Below are positions 50,336-59,300 of a stretch of 64,000 nt of DNA, piece after piece. Numbering within the stretch: position 1 is the stretch's first letter; each line of letters begins with the position of its first letter. This DNA is from Nitrospirota bacterium (GTDB taxonomy: Bacteria; Nitrospirota; UBA9217). Both the position numbers and the translations under genes were made by a program. The stretch covers positions 128,001 through 192,000 of the forward strand of contig CAWJQQ010000002.1 of NCBI GenBank assembly GCA_963845065.1. The letters are read 5' to 3'. The notes beneath the pieces are model-generated. The model was given only the letters and a program-made list of their open reading frames with translations. It did not search any database and had not been told where the DNA came from.

Positions 50336-51874
50336 CTAGGCCCCCAGCGTGAAAAACACCGTCGCCCCTTTCCCAACTTCCCCTTCCGCCCAAACCCTTC
50401 CGCCGTGGCGATTAATGATACGCTTCACCGTTGCGAGGCCGATGCCGGTCCCAAAAAACTCTTCCTGCGTGTGAAGACGGAGGAAGGAAGTAAAAAGCTT
50501 TCCGGCAAACCGATTATCGAACCCCGCCCCGTTGTCTTTTACAAAAAAGGAGGGACCGAATTTACTGTCGATCAGCCCGAACTCTATGACGGCCTGAGAG
50601 AGCTTGCCCGTGAACTTCCACGCATTGCCGAGCAGATTCTCAAGTGCTATGATCATGAGGCGCTCGTCGCAGAGAGCAGAAAGGCCGGCGGCTATCACAA
50701 ATTGCACGTCCCGTTCGGGTTCAGCAGCGCGGAGCTCATCGGCAATACTGCTGGCCAGTGCACTCAGGTCTATCCGTACACGTTTAATATCGAAACGAGA
50801 CACCCGGGAAAGGTCCAGCAGGTCGTTGATAAGCGCCTCCATCCTGTGGCACCCCGCCATGACCCGCCCGAGATAATCCATTCCCGTGGCATCAAGTTTT
50901 TCCGCATACTCATCGCGGAGGGCATTACTGAAGCCTGCGATGCTCCGGAGCGGAGCCCGCAGGTCATGGGAGACCGAGTAGCTGAACGCCTCAAGTTCCG
51001 TATTGACGTCGGCGAGCTCCGACGTTCTTTTTTTCACCAAGTCCTCAAGGTGGGCGCGATCCTTGTTCAACTCCCGTTCGTTCTGCAAACGTTCCGAGGT
51101 TGCGCCCGCCAGGCCAGCGATGGCAAGATAGATATTCAGCAGTGCATTCGGAAGCGGATCAACTGCCTTATGGCCGATCAGCATGACCTGTCCGGTCCGG
51201 GGCCCTTCCGCAACGGGAAGGAAAACAGTCATCGAAGGTTCCGGAGTGAAAATAATGCGCGTTGCCAGAAAACCGCTCTCCAGCACGTCCAAGACGAGGG
51301 CGCGCACGTCTTCCATAAGAATACGCTCTGCGGCGACCACATCGTTAAGAGTACTGTGATGAATCGAGATATCGGAAAGGTCGTCCCGCCTCACAAAGGC
51401 GGTCCAATTTGCGGGGAAGTGAGTCGTAATGAACTTCCCCAAATAATCCCAGACGTCATACTGTGTATTGAGCCGGACGATGTACTGGGCCGCCTTGACG
51501 AAGGCCTCGAACAATCGCGGATTGCCGTATCGGACATCACTCATGAGCCAATCGCCTTGAGATTCATCAGATGCTGGTTCTCCTGAGACTGCATAGTGAA
51601 GCCGGATGCGAAGATCCTCGTGCGGCATCACCTGGCAGGCGAGTCGCAGGCTCTTCTTAAACTGTTCGGGTGACAACGTAAGCCGCTCGATCTTCGTCGG
51701 ATCATTGACGGTTCCCTCCTTGACCTGCACAAGGCAGAATCCGCACGCCCCGTTCCCACGGCAGCCGGAGCGGACGTGAATGCCGGCAGCGTCGAGGATC
51801 CCGCGCACGGAAGACCCGGGAGAATAGGGCAGTACGCTCGTACCCTTGTTGCCTATGACGGTGAGGTTCGGCAT
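50336..51874 (-). CDS. Histidine kinase with N-terminal [2Fe-2S] ferredoxin domain and a GAF-like sensor
   Basis: GCRGNGACGFC...RLACQ; SHDLRAPLR, NAWKF, DNGAGF, GTGIGL; alternative kinase start at 51544. Confidence 0.88.
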   Translation of the reverse strand: MPNLTVIGNKGTSVLPYSPGSSVRGILDAAGIHVRSGCRGNGACGFCLVQVKEGTVNDPTKIERLTLSPEQFKKSLRLACQVMPHEDLRIRLHYAVSGEPASDESQGDWLMSDVRYGNPRLFEAFVKAAQYIVRLNTQYDVWDYLGKFITTHFPANWTAFVRRDDLSDISIHHSTLNDVVAAERILMEDVRALVLDVLESGFLATRIIFTPEPSMTVFLPVAEGPRTGQVMLIGHKAVDPLPNALLNIYLAIAGLAGATSERLQNERELNKDRAHLEDLVKKRTSELADVNTELEAFSYSVSHDLRAPLRSIAGFSNALRDEYAEKLDATGMDYLGRVMAGCHRMEALINDLLDLSRVSRFDIKRVRIDLSALASSIADELRAAEPERDVQFVIAAGLSALCDERLMIIALENLLGNAWKFTGKLSQAVIEFGLIDSKFGPSFFVKDNGAGFDNRFAGKLFTSFLRLHTQEEFFGTGIGLATVKRIINRHGGRVWAEGEVGKGATVFFTLGA

Positions 51875-52016
51875 ATCTTCATTTCCTGAATCTACTGATC
51901 CTCCAGCGCGGAACACACAGACAAACATCCTCTGAATCTTGTCTTTTTGAATCTCTGTGGCGAAGCCCCATTTTCCCTTCGGGGCCGTGACTGCAGTTTC
52001 TGATCCTCCTGCACAG

Positions 52017-53021
52017 TTACCGCACCGCGTTGACCAGCGCCGCTACATTCTCCTCCGGTGATTCAAGCGGTATTTCGCACCCCGAGGAGAGCATAAAGCC
52101 CCCCCGGCCATGAAATAAGCGGAGCAGGTTCTTGGCTTCCGCCGCAATGTCCGCAGCACTTCCCTCCACAAACATGACGGACTTGATATTTCCATCGATA
52201 CACGTGGCCGGAAGTTTGCCCATCGCCTCGGCCGGACTTACGCTATAATCAACATTCGCAATATGGACCCCGGCTTTTGGGTAATATGACAGAATCGACC
52301 CCGCAGGCCCGGCGATATGCAGCCAGTTCGCAAAAGCCCCTGCCCCTGTAAAAGCCTGGAATACAAGCTTGAGCCGGGGAAGTTCGAACTCCCGGAAAAA
52401 CTGGGGGGGAATGACAGCGGGAGATGAGGAGGGGTCGAAAACAATCGGCAGATGGGCCCCCGCCTGAAGCTGGGCCAGGCCAAATCTTATTATGACTTCT
52501 GTCGCAAAATCCATCAGGCGCTCCAAGCGGGGAGAATCATCGATCGCGAGGTTAAGCGCGGCTTCTATCCCGAGCAATTGCGTCGTGAGCGTAAAAGGAC
52601 CAAGTACGCAGCCGACGATCAGCACTTCGTTCCTGAGATATCCCTTAAGAATTGTCAGGGCCTTCAGCATCTCAGGCATGCGCCCGGCCAGCTGCGGATC
52701 GGGAATTGTCAGTGCGTTCCAATCCTCGTTTCGGGATAGCGCATGGCGTCCGATCACCGGGTACTGGTTTTTTCGGTACTGCAACATTGAACCCAAAGCC
52801 TCGGTCTCCACATTGACGTCCATCGCCGCAAAAACGGCGTCATAATCGTAGTGTCGCTGCGCATCCAATTGGCATTGGGCGAGCGTTTCGCCGTTACGCA
52901 CGTAGTCGTCCACAGGCACATGGGCCAAAGAGGCAGCGTGCGCGAACACCTGCGCGATGACAGGAACCCTGTCCGTGTCTCGAAATTTTAAGGTCGCGGC
53001 AATCCGCTCAAGACTGTTCAT
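52017..53021 (-). CDS. UroD / MtaA-CmuA methyltransferase family protein
   Basis: MNSLERI...DRVPV, ETEALG, GPFT, FDP, LHIAG, GNI, SSGCEIP. Confidence 0.88.
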   Translation of the reverse strand: MNSLERIAATLKFRDTDRVPVIAQVFAHAASLAHVPVDDYVRNGETLAQCQLDAQRHYDYDAVFAAMDVNVETEALGSMLQYRKNQYPVIGRHALSRNEDWNALTIPDPQLAGRMPEMLKALTILKGYLRNEVLIVGCVLGPFTLTTQLLGIEAALNLAIDDSPRLERLMDFATEVIIRFGLAQLQAGAHLPIVFDPSSSPAVIPPQFFREFELPRLKLVFQAFTGAGAFANWLHIAGPAGSILSYYPKAGVHIANVDYSVSPAEAMGKLPATCIDGNIKSVMFVEGSAADIAAEAKNLLRLFHGRGGFMLSSGCEIPLESPEENVAALVNAVR

Positions 53022-53169
53022 TTCCTTCCCCTAGTAATCGGGCGGTTCCTATGCAAGAACACAACGTCAAACAACTATGTATCCGCTTCTCAACGGGACG
53101 CACAATTGAACTTCGTTTCATATTGCATTCGCCCTTTTCCCCCCAGTTCGGCGAAGCGTTCTCATTTCC

Positions 53170-53811
53170 TCATCCCGCTGGGCTGTTAATTTGTTCCAGA
53201 AAACGGAGGCTGTCGAATGCCGTCTCTCCAACAAAATCGACATTGAGTTTGTCCCGTGAAGATTGTTTCAATGCCCCGCCGCCAGCCATGACTTTCACGG
53301 ACTCAAGCCCGCGAAGGACCAACTGCTGCTTCACCTGTTTTACCAGCGGGATGACCGGGGTGATAAGACCGCTGATCCCGATTGCCAGGGGCCGTTCTTG
53401 CTCCGTTATTTCCATGAGTTTTTTCAGAGGACAATCTTTGCCGCCGTCCACAACGTGATAGCCCTTGCCACTGAGGATCATTTTTAGAATGTTTTTGCCT
53501 AGGTCATGAACGTCCCCTTCCAGGGTCGCAATGACAACCGTACCCTTCGTGTCCAATGTTGCCGCACCGGGAGGCTGAAGGACCTTCATGACATCCGTGA
53601 CAGCGCGGCCCGCCAGCATGATTTCCAGGAGGTTGAATTGTTCGAGCGTGCATTTTGCGTCCAGAGTCGCCATGGCAGCTTCGACGCCGTGAATGACGAT
53701 TTCCTTCGAACCGACCCCGCTTTCAAGGAGATGTTCAGCATGTAAAATTGCCGTATCGCCATCGCCTTCGAGAATCGCCGCAACGAGAGATTTCATCATA
53801 GGATCGATCAT
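53170..53811 (-). CDS. Corrinoid (B12-binding) protein, MtaC/MetH-like cap + Rossmann domain
   Basis: GDVHDLGKN (DxHxxG), ISGL, AGGG motifs. Confidence 0.92.
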   Translation of the reverse strand: MIDPMMKSLVAAILEGDGDTAILHAEHLLESGVGSKEIVIHGVEAAMATLDAKCTLEQFNLLEIMLAGRAVTDVMKVLQPPGAATLDTKGTVVIATLEGDVHDLGKNILKMILSGKGYHVVDGGKDCPLKKLMEITEQERPLAIGISGLITPVIPLVKQVKQQLVLRGLESVKVMAGGGALKQSSRDKLNVDFVGETAFDSLRFLEQINSPAG

Positions 53812-53953
53812 AGAGGATAATAGGGCCGAGATGTTAACAGAATGTATAGCTTACGGATTCTACTCAGTCCTTCTTTCTTTATTCGCTAGTGATCCACGCA
53901 AACCGCCAATGAGAGTTACGACTGCATCAGGGAGCGTGAAAAGTTTCTCAAAC

Positions 53954-54220
53954 CTGAACCTCCCCATGGCTGAAGCCAGGGGGTTCTGAAAACCTTATCC
54001 AATTACTCTTCCGGGCTCTCACGACTGCAAGGGCCAGCCGCTACAACCCTTCACTACCTTAAATGCCAGCAGCTACAACTTCCCGGACATCGATCTTGGC
54101 ATGGTCTTCTTTCACAGGCGATCCGCTCTGTCTCCGGCCCAAACGAGTACGTTGTTTGAGACCGAAGCTGTGAGGAAAAGCACTCCTCACATTCGCAGAT
54201 TGTTGCTGCAATCTCGATAC
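53954..54220 (-). ncRNA. Predicted omegaRNA scaffold of the second TnpB
   Basis: Overlaps tnpB 3' end up to the right end; multiple hairpins; blocks shared with 27026-27240 and 56081-56194. Confidence 0.7.
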
Positions 54221-55576
54221 CGCCTGTTTAAGGAGCGGTTCCGCACCCGGCCAGTATCTACTTGCCTCAGCCGTATCGAGAACACCATCTTGAACGTGAT
54301 ACGCAAGATATGCGGAATAGAGGTCCCGTTGGGCTGCTACTCCGCATTCACATACATGTTGCCGCTGCGAGAGCGGTTTTTTCTTTACTGTTCCGCAATG
54401 GCAGGTTTGAGACAGCCTGAGTTTTCGAGTCGGGAGTTCAATCACTTTTCCGCCGGCACTCTCAGCCTTGCGAGAAAGCATTGATACAAAGGTTCCCGGT
54501 GCCCTTAAGCCCACGCTTTTACCAAAATTACGCTGCAATGATTTGTAGCTTAGTGTTTCAATATTAATGTGATTTCCCAGTGTTAAAACTTCATTGGCTA
54601 GCTTGCCATGAAGAGATTTTCTCTGCGCGGCTTGTTTCCGGTGAAGTTCTGATACTGCGGTCCGTATCGTCTGATAGTTCTTTGAATTGGTCCAGGTCTT
54701 GGCACCCTTTTTAACTGTGCCATCGGCGTTATAATTCCCAGAGTTTGTGGCCCTTCGTGACCGATCGAGCGCCCGTTGCAATCGTTTAATGGTCTTTTCG
54801 AGCGGTTCCAGCTCTTTACAAAACTGCTGAAGATCGGCGTAGCCATGAGTATAAATAGCATACGTAGACGGGCCGAGATCCAGGGCGATTGTACCATCAG
54901 AGATGATGTTTTTGGTTTTCTGCTTCGGCAGCCCTTCCTGCACTAGCTGGGCGTAGAAGTAGTTTTTACTGCGCATCCGCCTGCAGACCAGCCTTACATA
55001 TTTTGTCCTACAGGAAAGGGCGTGGGCCTGCACGCCATGCTTGTCTTTTTTGTCGAATAAGCAGGGCAGTTCAAGACCAATCCACTCGATACGGCTTTGC
55101 TTTTCGTCTGTGCGGAAACGTATGCCAGCGGCGTTGCTCTTGGATTCAACACTTAAGAGTTGATGCTTGCCTTTGAACCTTGGTCTACCTCTTTTATTGA
55201 ACGCATATTTTTGGACAGCATCAAACGCCCGGGTGGCGATTTTCTGGACGGTATGAACATCCAGGTGATCACCGATATGGCAGGCGTTCTTTGCCGCGCC
55301 AGCAAACTTGTGCAAGCTGTATGCTGAAAAACCGAACTTCTCATTCACAGCCTTAAATGCATCGGAACGCAATCCCTTATCCTTATAGGGTATAATGCGT
55401 GCTTTTTGATATTGCTTGGATTCCCGTATGAGATCCAGGCGTTTGAGAGATTCGCCGAGACAGGCATTGTAAAGTTGCCGGGCCACGTCCATGCGCATGA
55501 GGAGTATCCTCTCCTGAGATGTACTGACCAGAAGAGACAATTCATGGATAAACGATGGTGTTGTTTTCTTTCCCAT
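54059..55576 (-). CDS. tnpB: RNA-guided endonuclease TnpB (505 aa)
   Basis: RuvC-I ALDLG, RuvC-II NIETL, zinc finger CHCG...CECG, RuvC-III QRDLYSA. Confidence 0.92.
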   Translation of the reverse strand: MGKKTTPSFIHELSLLVSTSQERILLMRMDVARQLYNACLGESLKRLDLIRESKQYQKARIIPYKDKGLRSDAFKAVNEKFGFSAYSLHKFAGAAKNACHIGDHLDVHTVQKIATRAFDAVQKYAFNKRGRPRFKGKHQLLSVESKSNAAGIRFRTDEKQSRIEWIGLELPCLFDKKDKHGVQAHALSCRTKYVRLVCRRMRSKNYFYAQLVQEGLPKQKTKNIISDGTIALDLGPSTYAIYTHGYADLQQFCKELEPLEKTIKRLQRALDRSRRATNSGNYNADGTVKKGAKTWTNSKNYQTIRTAVSELHRKQAAQRKSLHGKLANEVLTLGNHINIETLSYKSLQRNFGKSVGLRAPGTFVSMLSRKAESAGGKVIELPTRKLRLSQTCHCGTVKKKPLSQRQHVCECGVAAQRDLYSAYLAYHVQDGVLDTAEASRYWPGAEPLLKQAVSRLQQQSANVRSAFPHSFGLKQRTRLGRRQSGSPVKEDHAKIDVREVVAAGI

Positions 55577-55588
55577 ACAACTCCCTGA

Positions 55589-55993
55589 TTAAACAACTTT
55601 CTGGTGCTCAATATATTGTTTGATAACGGCCAACGGCGCCCCACCAACGGTAGAAACAAAGTAGCTGTTGGTCCAAAGTGTTGGAATCCGGGTCCGGAGA
55701 ACCTTGAATTCTGAACGAAGCAGTCTGGAGCTTCTGCCCTTTATCTGCTTGACTAGCCGATGAATGCCATACTGCGGACCAACCTCTACCAGTAAATGTA
55801 CGTGATCCGGCATTATCTCAATCTCAATAATTTCAGATTTTCTCTCGGAAACCACATCCCTGATAATTGTTTTCAACCGTCCGGCGATACTGCCGGTCAA
55901 CACGCTCTTCCGGTACTTAGGACACCACACAACATGATATTTACAGCTGTAAACTACATTATTATTGGACTTATACGTCTTTATATCAATCAT
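55589..55993 (-). CDS. tnpA: IS200/IS605 Y1 (HUH) transposase
   Basis: YHVVWCPKYRK, PDHVHL (HUH), KGRSS, LWTNSYF, IKQYIEHQ. Confidence 0.96.
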   Translation of the reverse strand: MIDIKTYKSNNNVVYSCKYHVVWCPKYRKSVLTGSIAGRLKTIIRDVVSERKSEIIEIEIMPDHVHLLVEVGPQYGIHRLVKQIKGRSSRLLRSEFKVLRTRIPTLWTNSYFVSTVGGAPLAVIKQYIEHQKVV

Positions 55994-56080
55994 ACAGCAT
56001 ATTATACAGCATATAGTTGTATAATACAACTCCTATCCCCATGTCTAAAGCCAGGGGTTTGCGGAGTTGAAAGGCTTTTG

Positions 56081-56194
56081 GTCAGTTTTGGTATGGTGTT
56101 CCTTCACAGGCGATCCACTATGTCTCCGGCCGAGACCGAAGCTTTGGGGAAATGCAGTCCCCGCATCTGCAGATTGGAAAATCAGTCTCGATAC
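56081..56194 (-). ncRNA. Stand-alone omegaRNA-scaffold homolog (5' part), outside the IS left end
   Basis: Aligns with 54091-54220, with covarying stems and loss of one internal hairpin; no tnpB coding sequence upstream. Confidence 0.7.
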
Positions 56195-56361
56195 AACAGC
56201 GACACGCTGAATTTGAGTGGAACGTCCAAAATCCCCGGGAAAAGCGCCCTGTCAACTTACTTCGTAAACGCTTTTTTGAGGCCTGAATTTTGCAGACGAT
56301 CAGTTCTTCAAATTTCTCGACCATCTTTTTGTTGTTGAGTTCCTTATCCTCAGTCCTCTTC

Positions 56362-59300
56362 TTACCCAAGCGTGAAAAACACGGTTGCTCCTTTACCGAC
56401 TTCCCCCTCCGCCCAGACCGCACCGCCGTGACGGCGGATGATGCGTTCGACTATTGCAAGACCGATTCCCGTACCCTCGAACTCCTTCTCTGTATGCAAC
56501 CGCTGGAATGGGAAGAACATCTTACTTGCTAAGGTCTGATCGAAGCCTGCGCCATTGTCTCTGACATAGTAGACGGTCTTTCCTTCTTTTTCGAAGGCGC
56601 TGAATTCAATGCGCGCGTTCACCGTTTTCGAGGTGAATTTCCAAGCGTTTTCGATCAGGTTGGCAAGCGCTACCCTGATCAGATTCGGGTCCACGGAGGC
56701 GCGCAGTCCTTCTTCAATCGAGAATTCGACGCTCCTGCCGGGATCTGCCTCGCAAAGGCCAGCCGCGATCGAGGAAGCCTGTCTGCTGAGATCATAGTCG
56801 ATCCGGTCCATATCATGTTTTGATATCCGCGAAAGGCGAAGCAGGTCGTCTATGAGCTCCGTCATTTTCTCTGAAGCATTGGTTATGCGCATCAAATAGT
56901 CTCTAGGCTCATTTTCCAGCTTGTTGCCGTACTCCTCAATGAGGATTTTGGAGAAGCCGGCCATGGTCCGGAGCGGCGCCCGTAGATCATGGGACACCGA
57001 GTAGATGAAGGCTTCAAGTTCCTTGTTGATCGTTTCCAGTTCGTCAGTCCGGAAACGCAATGACTGCTCCCCGCGCATGCGCGTCATTGCAACAGCCACC
57101 TGGTCAGTGACCGCTTTCATGAGGGACAGTTCGTCGTCGCTGAAGGTCTCGCGGCTCTTCGTGCCGAAAGAAAGCGTGCCGATGACCATGCCTCCCGGTC
57201 CAAGGATCGGGTAGCATGCGTACGCTTTGATACCATAAGACTTTACAAGTTCGGTGCGCTTGTCCGATGTCGCCGGTATGTGCTCTGCAATGATGCGTTG
57301 ACCTTCTCGGGCCACATACCCGCAGACTGCGACCCCGAGGTCCAGCCATTCAATCCGCCTGGCATCTTCTTCCGAGATGCCCGCGTATGCATTCAGATGC
57401 AAACGGCCAACTTTTTCGTCCACGAGAAAGTTGAAGAAAGCATGACAATCCAGATACTCCATCACCTCCCGGCATAGCGACTCGACGGCCTTTTGCGGTT
57501 CCGGGATCTGCAGGAGTTCGCCTGCAGTCCGGGACAAAAGCTCTAAGCGCTGCAGACTGTGCTGAAGCGATGCTTCGGTTCTCTTGCGCTCGGTGATGTC
57601 GAAAAACACCACAGCGAAGCGGCCGGGCTCGGTTTGATAAGCGCTGACCTCGAACCATTTATCGAGTGGGCCGAAGCGTTCCTCAAAATGCTCCGGCTCG
57701 CCGGTTAAGGCGACCTTGCCGTATCGTTCGAACCAAACTGGCTCGGCTTCAGGGAATAGTTCGCGAGTGGTACGGCCGACAATGTCCTTGGCCTTCAATC
57801 CTGTGTGGCGCTCGAACGCAGGGTTGATCGATAAGTAGCGGAGATCAATGGGTTTCCCCGCGCCGTCCACGATGATCTCATCGAGCGAGAAGCCTTCAGT
57901 CATCGTCTCGAAGAGTGTCCGGAACCGGGCCTCGCTTTCCCTAAGCGCCTCCACAGCCAGTTTGCGCTCGGTGATGTCCAGAACCAGCGACATGACAGAT
58001 GTCATCTTACCGCCCTTATCCTGCAGCACCGTGTTGTACCATGTGCAGTGAATCACCCTGCCGTCCTTCGTATAATTGCGATTGGTCGAGACGACATGCC
58101 GCGACACACCGTCCATCAGCTTCTCCATGGTCTTCTGGACGATGGGGATGTCCTCTTCGAAAATCATGCGTAAGTCCATGATTGGCTTGCCGACTACCTC
58201 GATTGCGCTCCACCCAAAGATCTTTTCAGACTCGCCAGCCCATCGCGTTACTATGAAATCGGCGTTCCACTCGACAACTGCCAGCGGAGAATTTTCGACG
58301 TGATAGCGCAGACGTTCCTCGCTCTGCCGCAGCGTCTCCTCAGCATTCTTGCGCTCTGTGATGTCTTCGCTGAAGATCACGATACCGCCGACATCTCCCG
58401 CCGCATCGTGCCAGGGGCGCACCTCCCATCGAAGCCACTGTACTGATCCGTCAAGCCGATCGAAGCGGTCGTTGTCCTCGCGCACCACTTCACCGGCGAG
58501 CCCGCGGCGATGGATCTCTTTCCAGCGCTCAGGGATTTCCGGGAAGATGTCATAATGCGAAAGCCCGCGCAAATCTCGCTCACCGAGCCCGTAATCGCTC
58601 ATCCAGCGACGGCTTACGCTCAGGTAGCGCATTGTGCGATCGAACATGGCCAAAGACGCAGGTGCATATTCAATGAACAGCTTCAGGCGTTCTTCGCTCG
58701 CTCGTAAAGCCTCCTGCGCCCGCTTGCGTTTGGTGATATCATACGCGTATAGGCGCGCTGCATTGAATTGAGGAACGAGTTGAATGGTTTCATTGAAAAC
58801 CCGGTCGTTAACAGCGACCTCGCGGTTGACGAAGGTGTCTATGTTCTTCTCCAGGTCTTTTAAGATGATGTCCATGTCCTTTGGAAAGAAAGCACTGATC
58901 TCACCCTTGTCCATGCCCAGGCTTTCAAGAATACGTTCCGTAGCCGGGTTTATGTAGCTGACGCTGCCGGAAGCATTCATTTCGATGACCGGATTCGGGT
59001 TCAGTTGCGGGAACGAGGCGAGGTTCCGCGTGCGCTCTTCCGCGCGTTTCAGCTCCGTGACGTCGTTATAGGTGATGACAACACCCTCGATGCGGTTGTC
59101 CGCGGTACGGTAGGGGAGCGTTGTCCGGACATAAGACGTGCCGTTGATCTTAAGCTCTTGCCGCAGCGGCACGAGCTGTTCAAGGACGGACTGTGCGTCT
59201 ACGATGAGGTCGCTACCGAGGTTTTCCTGGGACATATCGACGATCGGCCTGCCGATGTCGGAAGGAATGAGTTTAAGCAGCTTCGACATGGCAGCGGTGA

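Larger units (their letters stand above)
53954..56080 (-). mobile_element. IS605-type element (tnpA + tnpB, tandem)
   Basis: Left end CTGAC|CAAAAG...CAAA + hairpin CCCCTGGCTTTAGACATGGGG; right end GAAC + hairpin CCCCTGGCTTCAGCCATGGGG ending TTCAG. Confidence 0.9.

Noticed and set aside
52017..53811. Pyrrolysine or methylamine methyltransferase system; cobalamin riboswitch
   Set aside because: No MttB/MtbB/MtmB-like ORF, no in-frame TAG readthrough candidate and no recognisable B12 box.
56227..56255. Sigma70 promoter for the orphan omegaRNA (TTGACA on minus strand)
   Set aside because: The -35 is perfect but there is no credible -10 at 16-18 nt spacing, so it was not called as a feature.
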